Made by a program: the position numbers and the translations under genes. 64,000 nucleotides of DNA. Source: Longimicrobiales bacterium. Lineage in GTDB: Bacteria > Gemmatimonadota > Gemmatimonadetes > Longimicrobiales > Gaopeijiaceae. The notes beneath the pieces were generated by a model, which made no database searches, was not told where the DNA came from, and was given only the letters and a program-made list of their open reading frames with translations. The DNA is taken from contig OZ242008.1 in NCBI GenBank assembly GCA_965204735.1, forward strand, positions 128,001 to 192,000, read 5' to 3'. This document shows positions 1 to 9,086 of the stretch, piece after piece. The first letter of the stretch is position 1; every line of letters starts with the position of its first letter.

Positions 1-557
1 TGCAAGTCTGGTGCCTTTCCTGTTAATTCGAGGTCGAACAGTCCTCGATCTCGCCGCTCAACACGACAGAGACGTGCCTGACAATACCACTGGTGACCAC
101 GACGCCATAGGTTGAGATCCTCGGCCCAATGCCCCCCGGTGGGATAGACCAGCCGGCAAGCTTGCCACCTCCTCTCTTTTGAGTCGCGTGACATTCCCAA
201 GAAACCAACGTAAAGACGAGAGCGAAGGTACCCAATCCATTCGCCATCCGCACCAGGCAATTCATCATACGCTTCTTTGTCCAGAACGGTCAAATTACCC
301 AGGCTGTTGGCTCTTGCCGGAACAGCATGTACTGGTACAACGACATCCTCTGCAAGAGATACGGTTCTCATTGTGATCCCCAAACCATGCTCCGATCCAC
401 CAGTGGCTTGGCCTTTGACCTGTTCGTCGGCCACGACGGCGCGGTGGAGGAGCTCCGCTCGTACGGTGTCGAGCAATTGGGTAGCACCAGAGCGGTCACC
501 AGCAGCCAAGAGCTCCTGTGCATTCTTCAACACATTAGCCATCTCACGATGTGTCAT
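1..557 (-). CDS. hypothetical protein, runs off the window edge (MTHREMANVLKNAQELLAAGD...)
   Basis: Own translation: ATG at 557, open without a stop to position 1. Starts 8 nt after the stop of the 566-1951 gene. Absent from the ORF track because its stop is outside the window. Confidence 0.6.
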   Translation of the reverse strand, partial: MTHREMANVLKNAQELLAAGDRSGATQLLDTVRAELLHRAVVADEQVKGQATGGSEHGLGITMRTVSLAEDVVVPVHAVPARANSLGNLTVLDKEAYDELPGADGEWIGYLRSRLYVGFLGMSRDSKERRWQACRLVYPTGGHWAEDLNLWRRGHQWYCQARLCRVERRDRGLFDLELTGKAPDL

Positions 558-565
558 TTTGAATC

Positions 566-1951
566 TCACCTTTCTGCCTTCTCCAGTTCGACCCCTTCTT
601 CGGACGCCTCCGGTCCAGCTTCGCCAACTCCGCGCGCGTCGGCGTCTTGATCCCCGACGACCGCGCCAGCTCCCGCAGCCGCTCCTCGCAGCCCGTGTCC
701 CCGTCCCGACGCACGATTGAGCGCATCGCCGCGTTCACCTCCAAAGTCGTAACCGACTTTCTCGATCTGCCGCCACAACAGCTCGCATATATGGTTGACG
801 ACATCTCGAGACATTACTTGCATGGCCTGCAAGGTATCCCAACTGACATCTATGGCCTCGCGATGCGTGGCCATGTTTCGTAGAATCCTAATTGCATCAT
901 ACCAACCAGCAAGTTGCGCATCCGGCTTGTTTTTCTCAATCCAGTGGGTCACCTTACTTGGAATATTCCATTGGGAAGTCGTGTTGTGCATCAGTTCACG
1001 TTGTTCCCTCTGTTTCCCATGACTCTTTCCATGCGGCCACTTTTCATCGAGGGCCGCCACGATCGATCGAAGGATCGTATGTCCTTCAACAACAGTTGGG
1101 ATAGAATGCGTAATTGTTCTCAATCGCATCCATTCCATTATGAGGCTTTTCAGTTGGCCATGCATCTGTAGAGCACGCCAGAACACTGGGAAATATCTCT
1201 CGGGGTTTTCGGAATTGTCCATGTATTCTCTGAATCCATGCTCGTGAACCTTGATGTCGTGTAGGTGCGACTTGCTGTCGACAACTGTTCGTATGTACAC
1301 TGTATCGCCGGTATCATAACCCTTACGCACTATGCGATTACTCCTGTGCACTCCCATCCATGGTATACTTACTGGCGTCGATTGGACTGCCGTAAGGTAC
1401 AACTCAACCAACGACACGAAATCTTCGGGATTTTGTGCTGGACCCAAAACGGTACCATGGACAATACCGCCAGGCGTGTTGGCTATTTGACATGTCCAAT
1501 CACCTTGAGCAAGTTCAATATCTCCGATTCGCCCCAATACGAGGATATCGTATTTCGACTGCCATTCGTCAATTTGGAGACGTCGCGGAAACATAATGCG
1601 ATACGATGGGTTATGACCCCCAAACCCATGACACGGTCTGTCGTCGAAGCCCGATTGCGCACCCCAGCGAAATTGTTCTCCATTCGGGAACTTATAGTAG
1701 TATCTGTTGTTTCCGATATCAAGTCTGTCGAGAAATAGTGTCGCCACAATGCGATGAGCATTGGATAGCCGAATGTCAATTTGGAACTCTCCGTTCGGCG
1801 TCGGTACAAGATTACATCGTTCCGGCCAACTGCTACTGTCGTGGTCCACGTCAACCTGTTTCTCGAATACCAACAGATCATTGGTTCGATACCATCCATT
1901 TCTGGTGCTGTCGAAAAACCACTTGGACGACAGGTGTTCGATAAAGCTCAT
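566..1951 (-). CDS. ApeA-like HEPN-domain protein (candidate RNase)
   Basis: Low-GC ORF with RBS AAGGAG before ATG 1951. Beta-rich N-terminus, helical C-terminal part with Rx4H motif IRILRNMATHRE. The last ~55 aa are read-through into an IS remnant. Confidence 0.6.
   Translation of the reverse strand: MSFIEHLSSKWFFDSTRNGWYRTNDLLVFEKQVDVDHDSSSWPERCNLVPTPNGEFQIDIRLSNAHRIVATLFLDRLDIGNNRYYYKFPNGEQFRWGAQSGFDDRPCHGFGGHNPSYRIMFPRRLQIDEWQSKYDILVLGRIGDIELAQGDWTCQIANTPGGIVHGTVLGPAQNPEDFVSLVELYLTAVQSTPVSIPWMGVHRSNRIVRKGYDTGDTVYIRTVVDSKSHLHDIKVHEHGFREYMDNSENPERYFPVFWRALQMHGQLKSLIMEWMRLRTITHSIPTVVEGHTILRSIVAALDEKWPHGKSHGKQREQRELMHNTTSQWNIPSKVTHWIEKNKPDAQLAGWYDAIRILRNMATHREAIDVSWDTLQAMQVMSRDVVNHICELLWRQIEKVGYDFGGERGDALNRASGRGHGLRGAAAGAGAVVGDQDADARGVGEAGPEASEEGVELEKAER
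578..752 (-). mobile_element. IS1182-family transposase internal fragment
   Basis: Alternate frame reads TTLEVNAAMRSIVRRD...LARSSGIKTPTRAELAKLDRRRPKKGSN, a typical IS1182-type transposase segment. GC rises abruptly here. Confidence 0.75.
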
Positions 1952-2194
1952 CTTCTCTCCTTGCTGTTGGGTGTAGAGCGACAATCAAGATGGGACGCTC
2001 AGGATCCTGTGACGAGAACGATAGGAGCGGAAGGGGAGCGGGTCAAGGCAGGGGCTTGGGCGGCTGCAGAGCGAGGCCACGGAGGGGTGCTCGGCTGGCC
2101 GACCCGGCCTGGGACCCCCGGAATTCGGGATCGTTCAAGGGACTCCGTCCTGTCGCGGCAGGGGGTAGCGTCGCCAAACCAACCGTGGAGGCGC

Positions 2195-2545
2195 GTTCGG
2201 CGGCGACCCGCTCCGGGCTCGGGCGGACGCTACGGCGAGCGGTCAGTTCGGGCACCGGCGGGGCGTGGGCGTCCCGCACCGTGGTGGTCGCCTTGCGCCG
2301 CCGCTGGCTCGCGCCCTCGATCCCTTCCTCCCGCATGAGGTGGCGGCCAATCCGCTTGGGTACCAGCCGTTCGCTCCACGCCCTGAGTCGGTGTGGATGT
2401 GGGTCCTGTCTTAGGTCCGGCGGCTGGCCTCCCAGCTCTCGCGCACCTAAAACGCGGAGCGCGGCGTCGCGGCGTGCCCGGGCGGAAGAAACGGTTGCTC
2501 GACCCAAGCGTAGCAACCGCTCATGGAGACACCGATGACGCGGCA
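2195..2545 (-). mobile_element. IS3-family transposase (OrfB) remnant, frameshifted
   Basis: Pieces GVSMSGCYAW, SARARRDAAL and HLMREEGIEGASQRRRKATTTVRDAHAPPVPEL match the IS3 OrfB N-terminus. No DDE core. Confidence 0.7.
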
Positions 2546-2700
2546 CATGGCGCGGAAGGTAGGGCTTGATTGCTGAATCCGGTTTGCCCACCTTCTCCAC
2601 ACAATACCAGACGCCGAACCCAACACGCGGGAGGAGACGTGAGTATCGATCCTGGTAGCGACACCGCGGCCCAGCGGCCCACACCGGAAAAGATGTGAAT

Positions 2701-2940
2701 ATGAAGTTCGTGTCGATCAAGGTCAACGGGGCACAGATTCAGGTATCCGAACGTGTTACGGTCCGAGAGATTGTCGAGAGGGCAAGCGAGGCTGGCGCGA
2801 TTTCAGGCGTTATCCGAGGAATATGTTTATTGAAAGGGTCGAGACGGTGGGCGAGCATGGCCTTAAGGAAGTAATCGATCGAAGTTCAGGAGCTAGAAGA
2901 ATTCATGGCGGTCCCGGTCGGCAAGACCGCGGTCGCGACA
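2701..2940 (+). pseudogene. ubiquitin-like (beta-grasp) small protein, frameshifted
   Basis: Reassembled across small insertions: MKFVSIKVNGAQIQVSERVTVREIVERASEAGAISGVI/EEYV/IERVETVGEHGLKEVI/EVQELEEFMAVPVGKTAVA. Confidence 0.4.
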
Positions 2941-2947
2941 CTGGCAG

Positions 2948-3085
2948 GCAATTCGCGAGAGAATACGGGAAGAGCTTGGGGCCCTGGGATATCCGTCCCG
3001 TGTTGTGACGGGCGATACTTCAGGCGGATCACAAACGGTCGTAGTATTCGAATATCGAGTGCTTACCGGTCGTTTCAAGGACACT
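2948..3085 (+). pseudogene. N-terminal fragment of a prokaryotic E2-like protein
   Basis: AIRERIREELGALGYPSRVV...VVVFEYRVLTGRFKD resembles the start of bacterial E2-fold proteins found after Ub-like genes. Truncated, and in frame with the next gene. Confidence 0.35.
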
Positions 3086-3106
3086 ACTAGACAGGAGACG
3101 GGTACA

Positions 3107-4348
3107 TTGACCAAGAGCGAACTGTTCGACATGCTGCGCAACGGCGAGGACTCGCTAGTCGAGTTCATGAGGGACGACGTTCGCAACATCCACGTGGCCA
3201 AAAAGTTGGTTGCGTTTCTCAATCTGGATGGTGGGACGCTGTTGCTCGGAGTGGAGGACGATGGAAGCATTTCGGGCGTGACTCGATCGCGGATCGAGGA
3301 ATGGATGGGAGAGCTGTGTCGAGTCAAGATCGCACCGCCTGTGGTGCCAGTGATGCAATGGGTACGGGGTGCTGAGGAAGGCAAGGACGTGTTGGCGGTT
3401 CGGGTATCGGCTGGACCCGAAAAACCTTACGCCCGTATCCACAACAACCGCAGGACGTACTACATTCGCGTGGGCAGCAGCTGCCGGGAGGCAAGCCGCG
3501 AGGAGCTCGGACGCATGTACCAGGCGTCGGGATACCTGCGTCACGGCTTGCGGCCGGTGTCGGGCGCAGACCTCGGTGCGTTTGATCGGCGGCGCCTTCG
3601 GGACTATTGCTCGCGACTGCTTGGGGCCGACCTTCCGCACGACGACGATCGGAACGGCTGGGAGCGATTGCTGACGAACCTGGAGCTAATGACCGAGTCT
3701 GGGGGCGTGCATGTAGCCACGGTGGACGGCTTGCTCCTCTTTGGTCGGACGCCGACGCGCTACTTGTCGCAGGCCGGGGTTCGAGCAGTGTGCTATGCAG
3801 GGACCGAGCCGGAGTACGCGACGCGGGCGGACGAAGTCTTGCACGGGCCAATGGTGCCGCTGGGTTTCGGCAAGGACGGTCCGATCGAGAACGGGTTGGT
3901 CGAACAAGTATGGGACTTTGTCAGGCGCAATACCATGCCCACGGCTCGCTTGGAAGGCGCTCGCCGTATCGACGGATGGGAGTTTCCGGAGGTGGTCCTC
4001 CGTGAAGTGCTCGTGAATGCGCTGGTTCACCGGGACTACAGCATCGCGGGAACTGATGTTGCCGTGGCCATTTACGCTGACCGAATGGAGGTGGAGAGTC
4101 CCGGCGGTTTGCCGAACACTGTGACGGTCGAAAGGATGAAGGCAGGCGTGCGCTACGCTCGCAACCAGACGCTGGTGAACGTGATGCGAGACTACGGATA
4201 CTTGGATGCGCGAGGCATGGGCGTCCGGATGAAGATGATTCCCGGCATGAGGGCTCACAACGGAACGGAACCAGATCTGGTAGCAGAGGAGCATCGCTTC
4301 ACGGTTCGCCTGTGGAAGACAGCAACGCAGCCGGAAGGCGAGGGATGA
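3107..4348 (+). CDS. Schlafen/AlbA_2 domain + HATPase_c_4 (RecG C-terminal-like) protein
   Basis: GEDSLVEF...LVAFLNLDGGTLLLGVEDDG (AlbA_2) and LREVLVNALVHRDY...SPGGL...RNQTL...GMG (HATPase_c_4). TTG start with AGGAG RBS. Confidence 0.85.
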   Translation: MTKSELFDMLRNGEDSLVEFMRDDVRNIHVAKKLVAFLNLDGGTLLLGVEDDGSISGVTRSRIEEWMGELCRVKIAPPVVPVMQWVRGAEEGKDVLAVRVSAGPEKPYARIHNNRRTYYIRVGSSCREASREELGRMYQASGYLRHGLRPVSGADLGAFDRRRLRDYCSRLLGADLPHDDDRNGWERLLTNLELMTESGGVHVATVDGLLLFGRTPTRYLSQAGVRAVCYAGTEPEYATRADEVLHGPMVPLGFGKDGPIENGLVEQVWDFVRRNTMPTARLEGARRIDGWEFPEVVLREVLVNALVHRDYSIAGTDVAVAIYADRMEVESPGGLPNTVTVERMKAGVRYARNQTLVNVMRDYGYLDARGMGVRMKMIPGMRAHNGTEPDLVAEEHRFTVRLWKTATQPEGEG

Positions 4349-4356
4349 GAGGATGG

Positions 4357-4432
4357 GCAACGCTGCGCAGGCGGGCCGCCGCCAAGTTCCCGGACGCCCG
4401 GCCATGGCCGCCGTAGGGCCTGCCCTAGGGCT
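4357..4432 (+). repeat. degenerate copy of the pglZ 3' segment (7754-7829)
   Basis: Ungapped 76-nt match to 7754-7829 with about 10 mismatches counted by eye. Confidence 0.85.
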
Positions 4433-4821
4433 CGATCCAGTCGGCGGACGGTCGCCACTTGCTCTTACATGTGGGCATGCGATCGACCACGGCGTCATCC
4501 ATTCGGCGCGCTCGGGGGCGGCCGGCCCTTGGTCTCGAGCCACGGATTGCGGCCCCTCGGCCACCGGCCACCCTGGACCGTCGCCGCGCTCTCCCGTCTC
4601 CGACAGTAGCGACCTGGTCTGGGAACGACGCCTCACGGGAGCATATGGCCGAACCCGCTGGAGGTGGTCTTGGCCGATGCATGGGACCGGTTGCGTCGGC
4701 GCGACCAGAGACGGGGCTTCCGTCGGACCCCCTTGCGCTGCCGAGGTCGTCTGTGTTATGGTTCAACTTCCGTAGCTAGGCCGAGCCCATCGGTGCCCTG
4801 ATTCCCACATGTGGACCCTCC

Positions 4822-5481
4822 ATGACCCCTTCCAGATCAGACATCGTCCTGGCCGCCATGGTGCCGGCTCCCTGCGACATCTGGTTCGACCCGGTCCGGG
4901 CGCAGAAGCTGTTGTTCTTGATCGACAAGGAGATTCCTACGTTGGTCGGCGGTCCACACTTCAACTTCCAGCCGTACAACTACGGTCCGTTTGATATTAA
5001 CGTGTACTTGGAACTAGAAGCACTGACGGAAGGTTCCTGTGTACATACCGACCGCAGGTTGCGTCACCTTCGGTATAGGCTAACTGGCAAGGGTCTTGCC
5101 CGCGGCACCACGGTAATGGCGAATATTCCAGACAGGGCATCACGCTTCATTGAACGAGCCTGTGAGTGGATGTTGGTCACCTCCATTAGCGACTTGCTCT
5201 CCGCGATCTATCGGCGGTACCCAGAAACGGCGGTCAACATTTCGGCACGTCAGCCAGTTGCTAGGCCCAATCGCCGAAACAGGCAATCGGCAACCACTGC
5301 TTTCCTGACCGGACTGGCCAGAAGCATTGATTACGTGGGACTGCTTGACGAGCGTCCTGCTCGCACCGATAGTAGTGTCAGCGAGGCAATAGGCGAGGCG
5401 TGGCGACGCACGGGTGATCATCTCAGAATGGCCATGGAGCAGTGTGCACCGCAGGAAGTCAGAAGTGGCCAAGACACCTAG
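4822..5481 (+). CDS. Panacea/SocA (DUF4065)-like antitoxin domain protein with C-terminal extension
   Basis: QKLLFLID...FQPYNYGPF...Y.LT.KG winged-helix signature, followed by an extra helical tail AFLTGLARSID...AWRRTGDHLRMAM. Confidence 0.6.
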   Translation: MTPSRSDIVLAAMVPAPCDIWFDPVRAQKLLFLIDKEIPTLVGGPHFNFQPYNYGPFDINVYLELEALTEGSCVHTDRRLRHLRYRLTGKGLARGTTVMANIPDRASRFIERACEWMLVTSISDLLSAIYRRYPETAVNISARQPVARPNRRNRQSATTAFLTGLARSIDYVGLLDERPARTDSSVSEAIGEAWRRTGDHLRMAMEQCAPQEVRSGQDT

Positions 5482-5941
5482 GAAAAATGCCGAAATAGAA
5501 GGCGCACGTGACAACGTGTCCGAACTTGCTGTGTCGGGAAAAGCGACGACCAGCACCGCACTTGACGATCAGAAAGCCGAAGCAGTTGTCAAACTTGTTC
5601 ATCTGGCTACTCAAGAGACCATCACAGTTCACTCCGGTCCACTTCCGTCTCCAGCAACTCTGGATCAGTACGAGAAGGTTGTACCTGGACTGGCCGATCG
5701 CATCGTTTCCATGGCCGAAAGTGAGGCCAGCCACACGCGTAGATTACAATCCGCTGGTCAGTATAGTGGTATTGTAATCGTGCTTGTGACTCTTGCGTTG
5801 GTGTTCTTCGAGAAGTCGGGAGCACCAGCAGTTGCCATGACTGCGCTTGTCTCGTTGGCCGGTATATTTGTCTTCGCGAGGCTTCGCGTACGGCGTGACC
5901 GTGCTGCCGGATTGCCCTCGTCGGAAGAGCCGAATCGCTAG
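5465..5941 (+). CDS. DUF2335 membrane protein
   Basis: HSGPLPSPATLDQYEKVVPGLADRIVSMAESE motif followed by two TM helices. GTG start overlaps the end of the upstream gene. Confidence 0.8.
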   Translation: MAKTPRKNAEIEGARDNVSELAVSGKATTSTALDDQKAEAVVKLVHLATQETITVHSGPLPSPATLDQYEKVVPGLADRIVSMAESEASHTRRLQSAGQYSGIVIVLVTLALVFFEKSGAPAVAMTALVSLAGIFVFARLRVRRDRAAGLPSSEEPNR

Positions 5942-5956
5942 ACCTGGGCCCGCAGC

Positions 5957-7957
5957 ATGAGCAGCTGGCGGGACCGCATCCTCCAGGAGTTCCCACCGGG
6001 AGCCTCCCGGCTGACCGTCGTATCCGACCCCGACGGCTTGGTGCTGGACGAGGCCGTCCTTGCCGGGCTTCGGCGACGGAACTTTGACGTGCTGGTCTTC
6101 GACGAGCCCGTGGCGTTCCGATACGCCTACGAATCGAGATGCCGGCACTACTGGGACGACGGCAAGCCGGTCGAGGTCGTCGTCGTGGCGAGGATGGACG
6201 CCCTTGATGCCGACAATCTGCCCTACGATGTGGTCCAAGCAGGGAGATCGCTGACCCTCGGACTCGACGCGCTGTTCCCCGGGCTGAGCCGCAGGGTCCT
6301 GGGGGCGCTTGATCTCACGCACCTCGATGCACTCTGCGACGCCGTGGACGGCAGACCCCAGGGCGTTCTGGGCGACAACGCGACCAAGGACTTCGTTCTC
6401 CGCCACGTCTTCGGGATCGCCCCCGAACTCGTGCGGGAACCCCCGAGCCTGCTTCGCGCCCTGCTCCGCATTCATCACGGCGGCCAGTCGATACCGCCAC
6501 TGCTGGGCGAGCGCCTGGTCAGGGTCCTCCGCCGGGACGGCCGCTTCGAGGAGTGGCCCCTGGAGCAGATCGTGCCGGACCCGGACGCCTTCTTCGCGTT
6601 CCTTCAAGAGCGCTGGCCACGCTTCCTCGGCCGTGCCGCCGGGTCCCAGACGACGCCGGAGGAGCACGATCACCACTTCGCCCATCTGGGGCCGGCGGAC
6701 CTGCCCTTCGACCACGACGACGTTCGCGTCTACATCGACAACCTGTTCCGGGAAGGGTTTCTGCGACCGATCGATCATGCGGCCGCCGGCACCTTGGCCG
6801 ACAGTTGGATTGCGTCCGGGGTGCGGACCTCGGGCGACGACGCCGACACGCAGCGCCTGGAACGCCTGCTCGACGCGGCAACCAACGCCCTGCCCGACCC
6901 GGACGCGCGCTACGGCGACTGGCTGCGCTTCGCCCGCACATGGGCGGAAGCAGGGGCGCTCGCCCTGTCCCCGGAACGCCGGACCGCCGACGCGACGGAG
7001 CCAAACCTCTCCGCGCTCCGCGACCGCGTCGACGCCGCCTTCGCCGAGTGGCTGGGGCGCCGCTATGCGAGCTTGGCCAACCTGCCGCCTTCTCCGCCCG
7101 TCATGCTGCACCACGTGCCGGGCGTGCTGGCGCGCCACTTGGACGAAGCGCCGGAGCACAAGGCGGCCCTGCTGGTCGTGGACGGTCTGTCAATGGACCA
7201 ATGGGTCGTGGTGCGCGAAGAGCTGGCCCGTCGTCGGCCCGCCTACCGCTTCCGGGAAGGGGCCGTCTTCGCCTGGATTCCCACGATCACGTCCGTGTCG
7301 CGCCAAGCTGCGTTCGCGGGGAAGCCGCCCTTCTACTTCCCGCCGGGCAGCATCGACTCCACGGACCGGGAGCCGGCGCTGTGGCGTCAGTACTGGACCG
7401 GGCGCGGCATGGCCGCCGACGCCGCCGTCTACCAGAAGAACCTGGGCGCCGGTTCGCTGGAGGCCGTCGCCGACCTGATCTCTCGTTCGCGAGTGCGTGC
7501 CGCCGGGCTGGTCGTGGACACGGTGGACAAGATCATGCACGGCATGGAGCTCGGCGCCCGAGGAATGCACGGTCAAGTCCGTCAGTGGGCGCGGGAGCCC
7601 TACTTGGCCGCGCTCCTCGACCTGCTCCTGGACAACGGCTTCCGAGTCTGGCTCGCCTCCGACCACGGCAACGTCGAAGCGACGGGCTGCGGCCGTCCAG
7701 CCGCCGGAGGAGTCGCCGACTTGCGGGGCAAGCGCGTCCACGTCTACCCCAGCGCGACGTTGCGCACGCGGGCTGCCGCCGAGTTCCCGGACGCCCGGCC
7801 GTGGCCGCCGGCGGGCCTGCCCCAGGACTACCTGCCCCTGCTGGCCCCCGGACGCTCCGCGTTCGTTCGCAAGGGGAAGCGCGTGGTCGCCCACGGCGGC
7901 GCTTCGTTGGAGGAGGTCGTCGTGCCGCTGGTCGGCATCGAGCGGGCGGAGCCGTGA
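5957..7957 (+). CDS. pglZ: BREX-3 PglZ (alkaline phosphatase superfamily)
   Basis: N-terminus WRDRIL.EF.P..SRLTVVSDPDGL, plus PglZ motifs LLVVDGLS, IPTITSVSR, VDKIMHG, ASDHG and HGGASLEEVVVP. Confidence 0.9.
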   Translation: MSSWRDRILQEFPPGASRLTVVSDPDGLVLDEAVLAGLRRRNFDVLVFDEPVAFRYAYESRCRHYWDDGKPVEVVVVARMDALDADNLPYDVVQAGRSLTLGLDALFPGLSRRVLGALDLTHLDALCDAVDGRPQGVLGDNATKDFVLRHVFGIAPELVREPPSLLRALLRIHHGGQSIPPLLGERLVRVLRRDGRFEEWPLEQIVPDPDAFFAFLQERWPRFLGRAAGSQTTPEEHDHHFAHLGPADLPFDHDDVRVYIDNLFREGFLRPIDHAAAGTLADSWIASGVRTSGDDADTQRLERLLDAATNALPDPDARYGDWLRFARTWAEAGALALSPERRTADATEPNLSALRDRVDAAFAEWLGRRYASLANLPPSPPVMLHHVPGVLARHLDEAPEHKAALLVVDGLSMDQWVVVREELARRRPAYRFREGAVFAWIPTITSVSRQAAFAGKPPFYFPPGSIDSTDREPALWRQYWTGRGMAADAAVYQKNLGAGSLEAVADLISRSRVRAAGLVVDTVDKIMHGMELGARGMHGQVRQWAREPYLAALLDLLLDNGFRVWLASDHGNVEATGCGRPAAGGVADLRGKRVHVYPSATLRTRAAAEFPDARPWPPAGLPQDYLPLLAPGRSAFVRKGKRVVAHGGASLEEVVVPLVGIERAEP

Positions 7958-8823
7958 GCGGCCCGGCGTCGCGTGCGGTCGGGCTCAGCCAGCGCATCCG
8001 CCTGGAGTGGCTGGACGAGGCTGCGGAGTTGGCGCGCGCCGGACGCGACCGCGCCCACGCTTGGTCGGCCCTGGCGGAGACGCTCCAAGAAAAGGTGTCT
8101 GTCGGCGGAACCAGCCCCCGCAGCAATCGCGAGAAGACGGTCACGATCCTGACGCGAATCTGGTGCGGGCCGCCCCCGCGACTCGTCCCGCTGCGCGATG
8201 CCGGCCTGCGCCTTCTGGACGGCATGGGGCCAGCAGAGGCCACGGAGCCATCGGAGGTCATCGAGCCAGCCGGGGTCACGGAACCAACGGCGACTACCGA
8301 ACCGGCGGGTGCCACGGAGCCCACCGGGTGCTTGACCGTCCACTGGGGCATGACGATGGCGGTCTACCCCTTCTGGAACGCCGTCGCGGCCCAGGTCGGC
8401 CGGCTCCTCCGCCTGCAGGGGGTCGCCACCGCCGCCCAGGTCCACCGTCGCGTCCAGGAGCAGTACGGCGAGCGCCCCACCGTGGCCCGGGCCACGCAGC
8501 GCGTCGTGCGGTCGTTCGTGGACTGGGGAGTCCTGGCCGACACCGAGACGAGGGGCCGATACGTCGCCGGCGAGCCATGCCCGGTCCGCACCCCAGCGTT
8601 GGCCGCTTGGCTGGCGGAGGCCGCCCTTCACGTCCGAGACGGCGAGCCCATCGCGCCCGTCCAGGAGCTGCTCGGCCAGCCAGGCCTCTTCCCCTTCCGC
8701 GTGTCCTACGTGACGGCCCGGGGCCTTGCCGCCGAGTCGCCCCGGCTGGATGTGGCGCACCAAGGGCTGGACACGGAGGTGATGATGCTGGTGATGCCGG
8801 AGCGACTGAGGACGATGCCGTAG
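7954..8823 (+). CDS. brxA: BREX-3 BrxA-like protein
   Basis: GTGA-coupled to pglZ. GLSQRIRLEWLD...REKTVTILTRIW...HWGMTMAVYPFW...VVRSFVDWGVL is typical of the gene after pglZ in type 3 BREX. Confidence 0.7.
   Translation: MSGPASRAVGLSQRIRLEWLDEAAELARAGRDRAHAWSALAETLQEKVSVGGTSPRSNREKTVTILTRIWCGPPPRLVPLRDAGLRLLDGMGPAEATEPSEVIEPAGVTEPTATTEPAGATEPTGCLTVHWGMTMAVYPFWNAVAAQVGRLLRLQGVATAAQVHRRVQEQYGERPTVARATQRVVRSFVDWGVLADTETRGRYVAGEPCPVRTPALAAWLAEAALHVRDGEPIAPVQELLGQPGLFPFRVSYVTARGLAAESPRLDVAHQGLDTEVMMLVMPERLRTMP
8230..8328 (+). repeat. 18-nt (6-aa) degenerate tandem repeat inside brxA
   Basis: PAEATE PSEVIE PAGVTE PTATTE PAGATE PTG. Confidence 0.8.
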
Positions 8824-8926
8824 CTGATACTTGAGCATTCGAGATGCACTGTGATGCGCCCCAGAAGCCCACGTGATGGACTTGACTTGCGATTGACGAT
8901 GGCACGTCTTGGATTCACGGGAGTAC

Positions 8927-8954
8927 TTGACCTTCTTTCGATCTGTGGTATCTT
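8927..8954 (+). promoter_or_regulatory. putative sigma-70 promoter for DUF5343-PIN
   Basis: TTGACC-N16-TATCTT. Confidence 0.4.
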
Positions 8955-9086
8955 CGATCCAGAAGCGAATCGACGCATCGTGGCCTCGTGACATCCTGAT
9001 GCCACGGAAGCGATGATCAGCAGGGACGCGCAGGCATCCCGAACACTTCGGGAGGCAAGCCAATGAGCGGCACAGGAGGCAGGACA

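Noticed and set aside
277..720. plus-strand ORFs 277-720 and 327-650
   Set aside because: Antisense to the open minus-strand frame starting at 557 and to the IS fragment.
5957..8823. complete BREX system
   Set aside because: Only pglZ and a brxA-like gene are present in the window.
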